From: Octopus sinensis
Lineage: Eukaryota
Length of the DNA: 64,000 bases
Assembly: GCF_006345805.1 (NCBI RefSeq)
Contig: NC_042999.1
Coordinates: forward strand, 144,274,001 to 144,338,000
Reading direction: 5' to 3'
The notes beneath the pieces are model-generated. The model was not told the DNA's origin and did no database searches. It worked only from the letters and a program-made list of their open reading frames with translations. Position 1 is the stretch's first letter. The number at the start of each line of letters is the position of its first letter. The position numbers were made by a program, and so were the translations under genes. Positions 52,550 to 64,000 of the stretch are shown in pieces.

Positions 52550-53220
52550 TAAATGACAGAAAGAGCTTACAATCATCTTGCTATCCCAAGAGAATTCATA
52601 CCACAATGAATCAATGCTAGACATTCCATTTGAAGCAAAGATTTTCTGTCTTTTTCAAAGAAACAAATTATCTTAATCCATTCAATATTTCAAGTAAAAT
52701 TCTTTTAAAAATAGGTTCAAACGTCATATTCAAATTATTTTTGCTTCATATTTTATTATTTTTTGTTGTGTGCAGGTGTTGTTGATACATTGGCACCAAA
52801 TTTTTTTTCCCCAAACATTTCAATTGGTATGTCGTCCCAAAATCTTTAGATACCTTATAAATTTTTTTCATCATTTTGAAGTTACTACAAAATTTTGGGT
52901 TGTTTTTGTTATTCTTTGGTTTTCCAAAAGCATCTCAAATTAAATATGACAAAACGAAAGAAATCTGCCAAAGAAAGGAAAAGGGTGAATGAATGAGGAG
53001 GAAAGTAAATTAGGAGAGAGACTCAGACAGAGGGAAATATAACAATGTATGGAATTGTTGCCATCTTTGTAAGAGCAAAAAAAAGATCTTATTTGTTGAT
53101 TATTTTTAGATATAAATGAAAGCTATTCCTTCCTTTAAAAGAAAGAACAAAAATAAGAGAATGAAAAATTTTGCAGGAAATTCACAAAAACATTTAAAAA
53201 AACTTTTCAATAGATTTCAC

Positions 53221-53345
53221 CTGAATGCACTTCCTTTTCCACCCATGGTAATATAGGACGTGTCACTGACATTTCGCCGATGACCTTTGACAGCATTGCA
53301 AGGAGACTGTGGTGGTGTAATAGATATCAAAAGCTGATTTTCATT
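53221..53345 (-). CDS. BMP2K: NAK kinase exon (NENQLLISITPPQSPCNAVKGHRRNVSDTSYITMGGKGSAF-R)
   Basis: Acceptor tttctctgtag, donor gtgaaa, 125 nt, phase 0 to 2. TPPQSP...GHRRNVSD corresponds to AAK1 TPPSSP...GHRRILSD. Confidence 0.93.
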
Positions 53346-53799
53346 CTACAGAGAAATTAAAATATAAAATATTCATTTTGTAAAAATTAAATCAATACTA
53401 ATAAGCAGGAGTATCTACAGTAAAATCGTTATTTTATAATTCGATTATTTTAATTTTTAAAGAGTAAATAAAAACAGATTAAATTATAGTTTCTGAGGGC
53501 TGAACTTCCATTTTGTTCTTTTAAGATTGCTTGAATATAATGCATAGTCCATACACTCTTCCTTGTGGCATTATGCTAGTAACTAAGATTTAGATTCATT
53601 GCAAAATTTGTTGCTGTTCATGATGTATATAATATCATTTTCATAGCATAAGAACATGTTTTTCTCCAACAGCATAAATTAGATAAGTCTGCAATACTGT
53701 ATTTCTTCAGATATCTCAACCACTGCAATTTCATACAATTACTTTCATCAAGTTTCAATCATTTATTTACTTCAAATAAATAAATTATATATATATATA

Positions 53800-54783
53800 T
53801 TTTGTTGACAAGAAAGTAATTCCGTTTTTTACAAATAGAGTTGTGATTTTTTTTAGAGATTTCTGTCAATGTTATGATTTTTTTCTTTTTGAATCAAAGC
53901 CCTAATTGAATCTAATCGTCATATAACTATGCAAGAGATTACAAAGAGATTAAATGTATCACACACAGCAACTGAAAAATCACTTAAAATGTCTTGGTCT
54001 CGTTAAGAAGCTTGATATTTGGGTCCCACATAAATTGAAAGAGATTCACTTGACACAACGAATCAATATTTGTAATATGCATCTCAAATGCAAAGAAATC
54101 GACCCATTTTGAAATGAATCATCACTGATGATGAAAAACGGATTATCAATAATAACATCAACTGAAAACAATCATGGTCCAAGTGTAATGAACCAGAACA
54201 AACATCATCAAAAGCTGAATTACATAAAAAAAAGGTCATGCAGTCAATATGGTAAGGATTACAAAGGTGTTGTGCATTCTGAGCTGCTTCCAAGGAACTA
54301 AACGATCAATTCAGATGTTTAATGTCAACAACTAATTAAACTGGAGGAGGCAATGAAAGAAAAACAGCCAGAATTGGCATATCATAAAGGAATCGTGTTC
54401 CACCATGACAATACCAGACCACACACATCTTTGCTAATTCGTGAAAAATTTATTGAAGCTTGGTTAGGAAGGGATGTTACATCCACCATACAGCCCTGAC
54501 CTTGCACCATCAGATTACCATTTATTTTGAAGTTTGCAAAATCTTTTGAATGGTAAAACTTTCAATAATGATGATGACCTGAAATCACACTTGCTTCAGC
54601 TTTTGGCTAGTAATGACCAGAAGTTCTATGAGCACAGAATCATGAAGTTGCCAGAAAGATGGCAAAAGGTCATCAAACAAAATAGAAACTATATAACTGA
54701 TTCAAGTTTATTCTTTGTATGAAAAAAAAAAATTACTTTTATTTCAAACTATAAAAACTGAAATTACTTTCTTGCCAACCTAA
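53800..54783 (+). mobile_element. Mariner transposon, internally deleted
   Basis: TIRs ttttgttgacaagaaagtaatt / aattactttcttgccaacctaa flanked by TA; motifs WVPHKL, HHDNTRPH and HPPYSPDLAPSDYHLF with stops and frameshifts. Confidence 0.93.
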
Positions 54784-54914
54784 TAATATTCATTAGTAAT
54801 AATAGTATTGACGGTGACTTTGAAATTTCAATCTGCTAAGTCATCATCAGATTATCCAACAATAGCAGGCCAAAACTTCGAAGTCACTGTCTTGGTAAAG
54901 AATAATAAATATAT

Positions 54915-55617
54915 ATTGCATCTTGAGAGAAAAGTTGGGCACAAGAGGCATCAGATGTAGTGTGCAACAGAGACAACTGCACTGGTATGGTCATGTGATG
55001 CATGTGGATGAGGACAGCTGCATAAAGAAATGCTAATCTCTAACTGTGGGGAGAACCTGTGGCAGAGGTAGACCCAAGACATGGCACGAGGTGATAAAGC
55101 ATCTTTGAACTTTGAGCCTCACAGAGGCAATGACTAGTGACCGAGACTTTTGGCGATATGCTGTGCTTGAGAAGACACATCAAGTCAAGTGAAATCATAG
55201 TTGTGGTTGATGCTGGTGTCATGTAACTGGCACCCATGCTAGTGGCATGTAAAAAGCATCTTTTGAGCACTGGGCCTCACAGAGGCACAGTGGCTGATGC
55301 CAGTAGCACATGAAAAGTGCTTTTTGAGTGTTGGGCCTCATAGAAGCAATGACAAATGACCAAAACCTTGAGAAGACCCATTAAGCTAAGTATAATCGTG
55401 ACAGATACTGATGTCATGCAAATGGCACCTGTGCCAGTGACATGATAAATCACCCATTACATTGTCGGAGTGGTTGGCATGAAGAAAGGCATCCAGCAGT
55501 AGAAACCATGCTAAATCAGACTGGAGTCTGGTGCAACCTCCCAACTTGCCAGCCCTGGTCAAATCGTCCAACCTATGCCAGCATGGACAATGGGCATTAA
55601 ATGATGATGATGATAAT
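54915..55617 (+). mobile_element. RTE 3'-end/RTE-tailed SINE
   Basis: RT C-terminal remnant followed by the shared UTR and (GAT)n tail; inverted relative to 44705-45290. Confidence 0.8.
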
Positions 55618-56221
55618 GATACTCCACAAAAAGTATCAAAGAATCCTTCGTAAAAGCACATTTATATATACTGACAGAGTAGATAACTGCCCTATGAGTG
55701 ACGCAAAGCTAGAACACTGGACTGCACAGTTTCAACCTAATGGGAACTGTCAACAGTCTACCTCTATTGCTATAAGTGGTTTACATGTGCTTGTAGCACA
55801 TATAGTCACAGTTAATTAGTTACTTAGTTAGTTAGGGAGCAAAGGGGAGAGGAAGGAAGGAAGGTAGGGTGGGAGGAAGGGTGCTTGGGTGGGTGAGTGG
55901 ACAAACAGGTTTAACATTTGGCATTTCTTTTACATGTATCTACAAATGGCTTTGCTGCTCAACTTCCCTCTCATCATTCCACTTGCATACTGAAAATTTC
56001 TCATACAGTTAGTGGAGATTACTGGCCTCGTTTCACAAGTGTACAGCATCACACTTTGTGTTACTCATGTTCCATGTTATATTACTGTTTATGGAGAGTG
56101 AAAGAGAGAAAAAACTTTGATGCAAACAGAGGAATGATTGCCCAGAGTGAAGTAGATAAATAAAGAGATAAATTTATATTGGGGGAAAGAAATTGAAATA
56201 ATAAAAAGTATATACACAGAC

Positions 56222-57156
56222 CTTTTTCATTTTGGATTCTACTTTGGGAACTTTCATGCAACCTTTATTGATGTGCTCAGTAAATTTCTGAGTGTCTTTG
56301 GTCTGTTGTAAAGCTGCTATGTTGGATTCAGACCCTGCACCTTTCTCCTTGCTTGATCGGCTAGTTAGTGCTAAGTTCACTGATGCCAAAGGGGCAGAAA
56401 CAATTTTATCTGATGACAAATAGTCAGCAGAGTAACCCCCACCTTCAATGTTTGCTTGACCAGACTGACTACCACTCACTGTCAGAGGAGAAGAGAGGCC
56501 AGAACTAGCAAACTGATCAGGATTAGTGGTATTTGTAGCATTTGACATGGTTGCCTGGGGTTTATTCTTTTGTTGCTGTTGATGATGTTGTACTTGCTGA
56601 TGATGATGATGTTGTTGCTGTTGTTGTTGTTGTTGTTGTGAGGAAGCCAAATTTGAAAGAGAAATTGCACTGCCTGGAGGCAGTTGAGTCTGTGAGGCTG
56701 ACACAGCTTGTTCTTGTTGCTGCTGTTGTTGATTATGTAGATGTTGTTGCTGTTGTTGTATATGTTGCTGCTGTTGTAGATGATGTTGTTGCTGTTGAGG
56801 ATGGTGGTGTTGCAATTGTTGAGAGTGGTGGTGTTGTTGTTGCTGCAGTTGTTGAGAATGTTGTTGTTGCTGTTGTAAATAAGCTGACTGGATGTGTTGT
56901 TGGGGTTGTGATGATTGTTGAGGTTGTTGCTGCTGTTGTTGTTGTGGTTGCTGCTGTATAAATACACATTGGTTAACACTTGATGAACTGGTCGATGGAG
57001 CTGATTGTTGGGGAGCAGTTGGAAGGGATTTCGACATTTGTCCTTGATTGTATGAGTGTTGAGAGTCGAACTGGTGCACTGACATAGTCGCAGCGCCATG
57101 TGGTAATGGTTGCATTGGAGACACAGCATTTGCTGCAGGTGATGTCTGTGGTAGAT
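56222..57156 (-). CDS. BMP2K: NAK kinase polyQ/H-rich exon (DLPQTSPAAN...QQQ...KVESKMKK)
   Basis: Acceptor tttatttacag, 935-nt open frame, phase 1 to 0. Most likely donor is AAG|gtctgt (non-optimal, so this end is less certain). A Q/H-rich region at this position is characteristic of AAK1/BMP2K. Confidence 0.9.
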
Positions 57157-57729
57157 CTGTAAATAAATAATAAATAAATAAATAACTACTAAATTTCAAA
57201 ACTGACAACAATACACCAATACACTATGGTTGCTATCCACACTATCAGTAAAATTAGATTTTCATTCATTCACTAGGGCAAGTTCAAGAGGATATTCCTT
57301 CAGGACAAATTCCTTCATGAATCTACCCAGCAACATTTATTTGATTTTGGGTTTTACTTGCCATGCTTTAAAACAAGGATGATTTTTAGGCACCTAAATG
57401 AAATTAGACTCAGAATGCAAGCAATATGGTCCCACCTTCTTATAGTTCTGATAATCCACCATGCTGTATTAATACTTTTTTAGAGAACCCAAAAGGATAA
57501 AAGACAAAGTTATTCTTGATGGGATTTGACCTTAGAACACAGGGAGTCAAAACAAATATAAGACATTCAATCCAATACCCCAACAACTCTGCTGATTCAC
57601 CACCTGATATTTAAATAATGTATCCCAAAATTTAACAAATAATTATCCTGGTTAAGAATGTGAACGCTTTCTGAGAAATAAAATAAAAATAGAAATTCCA
57701 AGTTGAAATCAAATTTCTTAGGGTATTAT

Positions 57730-58186
57730 TGTCATTGTTTTACATCCACAATCCATGCTGGCATGAGCTGGACAGGTCTACTTATTTCACGGGGAGTCTT
57801 CCCCTACACAACATACTGTCAGTTAATATGGTCCTTTGCTATCTCATTCACAAGGTGTAACAACTTCAGCCCTGTCTTCACTACTTTCTCTTAAGTCTTC
57901 CTAAGTCTCCCTCTTCCACAGGTTCCAATTACTTCAAACATACAGCTCATCTTTATACAACTATCCTCCTCCTCTATACACATCACATATCCATAACAAA
58001 AGTCTTCTCTCTTATGCACTACAACTGATTCCTCTTGTTCAGTTTTTCTCTCAGCTCATCTGTGTTCTATTGTTCATGCACACTAGTATTACATATCCAG
58101 TAGAACATGCCCACTTCATTTCCTTCTAGCCTTTCTAGATCCTTTATGTTCAAGCCCTATGTCTCAATACCATGTAGTGATTACAC

Positions 58187-58222
<36 letters not shown>

Positions 58223-58330
58223 TATCTGGATCATTTGTTATTCACAAGGGTCACCTTTCCCATATTTAATCTAACTTATAACATTCAGAATTTTCTTTGG
58301 TCTATCTCTACCACTAGTGTGGTGCTCCAA
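57730..58330 (-). mobile_element. Decayed RTE 3' fragment
   Basis: Reverse complement resembles 54915-55080 (LREKL...C-V-ERRL-WYG.V region). Confidence 0.6.
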
Positions 58331-59585
58331 TATGAGCAGCCAAATCTTCCAAATACAAACCCTGTTATCTTTAAAAAAATAAACACTGAATAATGTAGTT
58401 ATTACAGATTGTCAGAAACAAAATGATGGGCTCATGATGGTTAGAAAACTTAGGCCTGCTCTTACAGTAGTGACTTGGAGCTATGCAACAACAAGGCTAT
58501 TTTTCATCAAAGCTGTCTATATCAATGCAGTTTCTTCCCCTACATACATTAACTAATCAAGCCAATGAGAGAGTTGCTAGGTAGTTAGTCCTCCTGATAT
58601 AAACAACCAAATCTTAAAAACAGGGACATGTAAGATAATACTGTCCTGGCACCACTGTGCCAAAGCAAAAGACAGCTACAGTTGGATGACCATAATCAAA
58701 CAGACTGGTCTGCTCAAATGGAGTTGATCTAATGCTCAATAGCAATGATATGAACCAATATTTACTGCTATAAATTTATTAGATTTGCATATGTCTCCTC
58801 TCAAATGTAAATGTACTTCATATTTTTCTTTGTTTGTATTTCTACATCAGTGTGAACATTAATTGTACAGATCAGTAAATAAATATATTTTCATGTGCTT
58901 TCGATACTTGCATTTATATAAGTGAACACTTTGCACAAAATATATCATCAAAGCATAATTTTAATTCATTTATAACAAGAGTAAATGAAAGGTGAACATC
59001 TTGGTTTTTTCCCATGAACATTCATTCATAATAAACATAACATGAAGAAATACAAAATGGTTTAGTTTGTAGTAAAGATGTCATAAGCAGATTGTCCCTA
59101 AGTAGGCCTTTGCACATTTAGCCTACATTTAACACTAACTGACAGTAAAATTATAAGCTTTTTTTTTTTTAATGAAAGTGTATCTCACCAATAAGGTTGA
59201 ACACATAGTCAAGTAGTCAAATATCAAAAAGAATTTGGGGAAAGACAAAGAAAAAGCAAGATGAAAAAAGAAAAACACAAGACACTGGTGGTCTATGCTG
59301 ACTTAACTGGGAACTTGAAACACAGCAATATGGTTATTCATTCAGAAACAAGGTTAATACTACAGTTAATATAATCATTCTTAATTCATCACAGGTATAC
59401 ATTTCATTACAAATGCAATAAAATGTAGATGTAGTTACTCCAATACACAGATATACACAATTCTTTGCCTTTTTCAGAAACAAGTCTTTGCCTTTGCAGT
59501 TTTGTACATATGCATTCAAACAAACTGACATCCTAATACAAACACACAAACATGTAAGTGGAAATCATTGGAGTGGAAAACTCAC

Positions 59586-59749
59586 CACCTTGTGGAGTGG
59601 TAAGCTGATTGCTATTCCCAGGACGTTTTCTTGAAGATACAGATGTGTGAACAGGCAGACCAAGTCCCCGAGACTGTGGCATAGCTTGCCCTTTTGGCCG
59701 TTGCCGAGGTGTAACTGACGTTGTTTCAATTGTAGGGGTTGTAACAGTT
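59586..59749 (-). CDS. BMP2K: NAK kinase exon (TVTTPTIETTSVTPRQRPKG...LTTPQG)
   Basis: Acceptor ttttctttcag, donor gtgagt, 164 nt, phase 2 to 1. ETTSVTPRQRPK matches the conserved AAK1/BMP2K motif ETSIAPRQRPK. Confidence 0.93.
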
Positions 59750-60687
59750 CTGAAAGAAAATAGGTATATGCCTGATTAAGAAACTGTCATGCTTTGTCTC
59801 ATATTTCTTATTAACATCTCTGGTGTTATCACAATCATCACCATTATCATCATCATCACCATCAGCAACACCAGTAGCACAATCAACATCACAATAATCA
59901 TCATGCAACTCTTCACAATTTTCATCTGTCAAGATATCAATAAGCTTACTGAAATACTGCCTTCCATTTTTAGTTAAACCTATTCAGTTAGTTTGAAAAC
60001 TATTTTTCTTCTTTTCTAAACTACAGGCATGCATATTTTCACAAACCCATCTGAGTCGGTTACGGAAAGGCATCAACAAAAAATAAACACAGATGCAGGT
60101 AAGGCTGTATCATTAAGAAGTTCACTTTGCAACAAGACCCCAGGTGCGATCTCATGTCAAAGCATTTGAAGCAAGTGCTTTCTACAAGAGATTTAAATTG
60201 ACCTGTGCCTTTTGAGAGAAATTTGGTACACAGAAATAGTGTAGAAACCTGTCATGTATATATATCAAGATCATAATTTTAGCTAACTTTCCATGCTACC
60301 ACAAGTTAGATGATTTGACAGGATCCAAAGTGTTGGATAATCACAGTTGTGCTCCAGTTTCATAGCTTTGGCATGGTTTCTAGAGCTGGATGCCTTTCTT
60401 AACATCAACTACTTTACAGAGTGTACTGGATGCTTTTACCATGGCACCAGCATTGTGTGTGTGTGTGTGCACGTGCATCATTCACTGACATATATGGAAA
60501 ATGTAAACATCAGAGAAGAAACCAAAAACCTGATGCTTTTTCATTAAAATCCAGTGTGATATTTGTTCCAGCAAGTTAGATAATCCTTTGTTACTACCAA
60601 CCACAGAAATGTCATGAACCAGTGAATAACCCATTTGAAGCCTGTAGTCAATAACACTACTGTTCACCAATTCTGATAATTTTATTT

Positions 60688-60889
60688 TTAATCCTTGTCA
60701 AATGTAATGCTTATTTTTTCGCATTGTTTTGAATTAATCATGCATTATCTCCGAAATTTTGATGATATAATTGTATATTTTTAGAATGACACTGCAGGGT
60801 AGATGTGAGAAACCAGATCTGGCTGGTTTGAGCGTAAACAGGTAGAATATTTGGGTCAGATATGGCTGGTTTAAATGTTAAAAGGTTAA
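60688..60889. mobile_element. Probable piggyBac-type MITE
   Basis: TTAA at both ends with degenerate ccctt/aaggg-like termini (ttaatcctt...aaaggttaa); no coding capacity. Confidence 0.5.
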
Positions 60890-62356
60890 ATAATTCCATG
60901 ATTCTTTGTTTTTGTTTTTCACTTCAAGTTTGCCATGTCTATCTGCATTGTGCTATATTTAAAGAAATCTAAAGAAAGATTTACTTTCAACCTTGATCTA
61001 CTCATCATTAAAAAGAAAATATTAAAAAAAATTATTTGCTGAATCAATAATTTTTACATTTTCTTTTTTGTCGTGAAAGAGTCCCTATTTTAGTCCTTAT
61101 GATCTTGTCAGGTCCTTCAAGACAGGTGATATTGATACAGTTCATGTCACTTCCAAGATGTGTAAGTCAATGTCTACAGAATAATGTAGAGAGAGGGGGA
61201 ATTATAGATACTTAATGGTCTGGGGAAGAAGAATTAAAAGAAATAGTGAAGGGGTTGGAGAGATGATCCACAGTAAAAGTGCAACAGATGAGATAGTATG
61301 TTAGATGGGAAGAGTATTAACTACATCAGAAGAGATGTGCCCATAGTAGTAGCAATAAAATAAATCAAAGAATAAAGGCTGTAAGAAAGTTATACTTGGA
61401 TTCCTTAAAAATGACCTGAATGCATAACCAAAAAATAAGTACTTTCAATATCAGAATAACATGAAAAAGATTTCACAAATTTCACAATCAAATCTTTAGC
61501 TTGATCTAACATCAAAGATGTAGAATCAGAACAAATGACACTATGAAAACTGATGGGTAAAAATTTGGAGAAAAGAATAAAAGTGGGATTTCAAAATTGA
61601 TAGTGGTTTAATTACTAAACATGGAAGTGAGTATTGTAAGAGAGCAGTATTAGTTACACCCGAGCATCAACTCATGGAGAAATGGGATCAGTAATCTTCT
61701 AGATGAGGGTGTCATCTCCTTTAAGAAATAATGATTCCTAGTTCAAATGCAATACACTATTATGTATTCATTCAGAAATAATCAGATTAAACCATGAATC
61801 AACTTTCACTTGTTTCCAAACAAGGTAATATTTTCCCCCCAGTCCAAACATATTTTCATAAAAGACTGCAAAGAGTAACACTTGCATGATGGTGATGTTT
61901 GTTTCCTATCATACACTTACGCAGGGAGACACACACAATGTATCTCTCTTTATAGTTTCTGCCTATCCAATTCAATAACAACACTTGGTTGGTCTGTGGT
62001 TAGAGTTAAAGAAACTGAACTCAAAACCACATAGTCATAAAGTGAACTGCTCAACCACAAAGCTATGCCAGCAAATAAGCCATGTTATGTATGTATATAT
62101 CATCACCATCATCATTCAATGTCTGCTTTCCATGCTGGCATGGGTTAGACAGCTTGGCTAGAACTGGCAAGCTGGAGAGTTGCACCAGGTTCCAGTTGTC
62201 TGTTTTGGCTTGGTTTCTATAGATGAATGCCCTTCTTAACACCAATCACTTCACAGTGTGCTGAGTGCTTTTTATGTGGCACTAGTACAGGTGTGCTTTA
62301 CATGGTACTGGCACAGGTGTTTATATACATAGTAGCATAATAAATGAGTGACTTAC

Positions 62357-62439
62357 TTGTATAAGGTTGTTTTGACTTGTTTAAATTCCTGTTCTGTCAT
62401 TGGACATGGTAATTTGGTTACATCAGGAATTGGTAAACT
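62357..62439 (-). CDS. BMP2K: AAK1/BMP2K-type (NAK) kinase, exon just after the kinase domain (SLPIPDVTKLPCPMTEQEFKQVKTTLY-K)
   Basis: Acceptor tttcctttgtag, donor gtaagt, 83 nt, phase 0 to 2, open frame. Resembles the AAK1 segment SPIPAKLPEP after the kinase domain and joins in frame to exon 59749. Confidence 0.88.
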
Positions 62440-63055
62440 CTACAAAGGAAAGTGAATAAGTAATCAAAATAAAATGCTTTTTTACAATCAGAAAACTACA
62501 TAAAGTTAAAGATGTGTAACACTTGAATTCATCTTCACTTTATAATACACAGTCTTGATATAGAATGAAATTGGCAAGGCAAACTAAGTTCTCAATAAAC
62601 AGGTAAAGCTAAATGAAAGCCCAGTGTAAGGTTTGTCATCCTTATATAACTTACATTTAACCTTGAGAGAAAAACAGTTTTTAGCTTTAAATAAATGGTA
62701 CTTAGTTCTCAAAAGAGTAAGTCTGCAAGCTAAGTAGAATGTTTTATATAGTTATAAGGCTACATAAATTTTGCACATTGGTATTGTGGACCATATTTTT
62801 CACACTGTGCTTTGGTGTAAGGAGAATTTCTCTCTTATAATAAAATATCTAGAGCTGAGCACAGCTAGGTAAGTTACAGTATTTTAGGTAAGGTACAACA
62901 GAAAGAATTTCTAGACACTGAACATTAAAAGCCTCAAATTTCAAGGTTAGGTAATATTAAGCCATAACACTCTAGTATTGTCAATTAAGTGAACTTGCTT
63001 TCACCAGGAATCAGATCCATATCCTCATCTTGCTAAGAACTCTTTTTGATACCTA

Positions 63056-63684
63056 TCTGAGGGGAAGTCAAAAATTATCTGCACTTTCACCACAACATAT
63101 CTTTATTATTGTCACGCTGCCTTCTGCACATGTTTGCTTATAGCTGACACAATTATGGTTACATGATCAAAGTTTTAGCTTGATCACTCCGTTTTTCTTT
63201 CTGGCTTTACAGTGTAATCAAGGCCACTCCACTAGCAATATGCAGCAAAATTATCCAAGAGATGATAATGGTGAATCGGTTCTCCATTACCATCTCTCAA
63301 GCTTGCTGAATCTTCTCATCAGTAGTAGAGGTTGACAGGCACCTTGCTTCCTTTTCATGCATCATGATTGTCCGGCTGCTTTTAAACTTCTTGATCCACT
63401 CTAACACACTTCTACATGGTAGTGCACTGTCTCTGTATTGTGCTAAAAGCTTCCAATGAATTTCAGCACCTGACACACTTTCCAACAACTGCTCTTTGTT
63501 CTTCTTTTGTGCACATTGCCAGTGGAGTGGCATTGCTTATATTGTAAAGCCAGAAAGAAAAATGGCATGATCAGGCTCAAACTTCGATCACGTTACCATA
63601 ATAGAAGCATGCACAGAAGGCAATGTGATAATAACAAAGATATGTTATGGCAAAAGTGTAGATAATTTTTAACTTCTCCTCATA
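63056..63684 (-). mobile_element. Non-autonomous mariner derivative with about 170-bp terminal inverted repeats
   Basis: Ends (c/a)tgagg(g/a)gaagt(c/t)aaaaattatct, TA-flanked. The internal ORF 63297-63533 (GAEIHWKL...SVLEWIKKFKSSRT) is a mariner N-terminal HTH remnant. Confidence 0.85.
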
Positions 63685-63690
63685 TAATAT

Positions 63691-63906
63691 TGGTTTCAAA
63701 TTTTGGCTCAAGGCCAGTAATTTGAGGGGAGGGTGGTAAGTTGATTAAATTGAGCCCAGTGTTCAACTGGTACTTACTTTATCAATCCTGAAAGAGTTGG
63801 AAAGCAAAGTCAACCTCAGAGGAATTTGAACTCAGAACATGAAGATGGACTTAATGGTGTTAAGCATTTTGCTCAGCATGCTAACAATTCTACCAGCTCA
63901 CCACCC
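63691..63906 (-). mobile_element. SINE family A
   Basis: Same core and head as the other copies. Confidence 0.8.
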
Positions 63907-64000
63907 TATACTTATCTGTATTTATAATATTAATAGTACGAAATCTAGGCATAGGCTTGGCTATATAGACACAGGCATGACTGCATAGTTAAGTCCATTT

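Noticed and set aside
54810-54891. 20-bp inverted repeat enclosing CUGAUGA on the minus strand
   Set aside because: No stem II or III geometry could be built; probably a small MITE relic.
56542-56961. 139-aa plus-strand V/A/D-rich ORF, and the N/T-rich alternative minus-strand frames
   Set aside because: These are shadow frames of the CAA/CAG-rich polyQ exon.
60027-60098. Plus-strand exon-like segment (ctacag...CAG|gtaagg)
   Set aside because: The donor is the start of a SINE head, only one frame is open, and no partner plus-strand exons were found.
63297-63533. 78-aa ORF as a host gene exon
   Set aside because: It is a mariner HTH remnant lying between inverted repeats.
1-64000. CRISPR arrays, rRNA, operons or other prokaryotic systems
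   Set aside because: No regular repeat-spacer arrays or such genes were seen; the sequence is spliced eukaryotic DNA.

Overview
AT-rich (roughly one-third GC), microsatellite- and retroelement-dense eukaryotic DNA. The repeat content resembles octopus (coleoid cephalopod); this assignment is inference. The window is mostly introns of one minus-strand gene, the Numb-associated kinase of the AAK1/BMP2K type. Eight exons chain in frame with matching splice phases: 62439-62357, 59749-59586, 57156-56222 (polyQ/H), 53345-53221, 49894-49793, 38422-38286, 36009-35920 and 16616-16515. The kinase-domain exons lie beyond position 64000, and the 3' end is unresolved among several phase-1 candidate exons. 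The introns hold a decayed Penelope-like element, RTE LINE pieces, CR1/L2-group LINE relics, three mariner derivatives, a piggyBac-type MITE and many SINEs. The most notable signals are RNA-structural. (1) A near-complete type I hammerhead ribozyme caps a 159-nt rod-like fold in the sense strand of the longest intron. (2) A tRNA-headed SINE carries a hammerhead core and sits in a head-to-head palindrome. (3) A fold-back element lies beside an exon. (4) An AG|GTAAG recursive-splice-type exon ends the 19-kb intron. (5) One SINE family is strictly one-directional. Repeat boundaries were read by eye and are approximate; exon boundaries were counted base by base.
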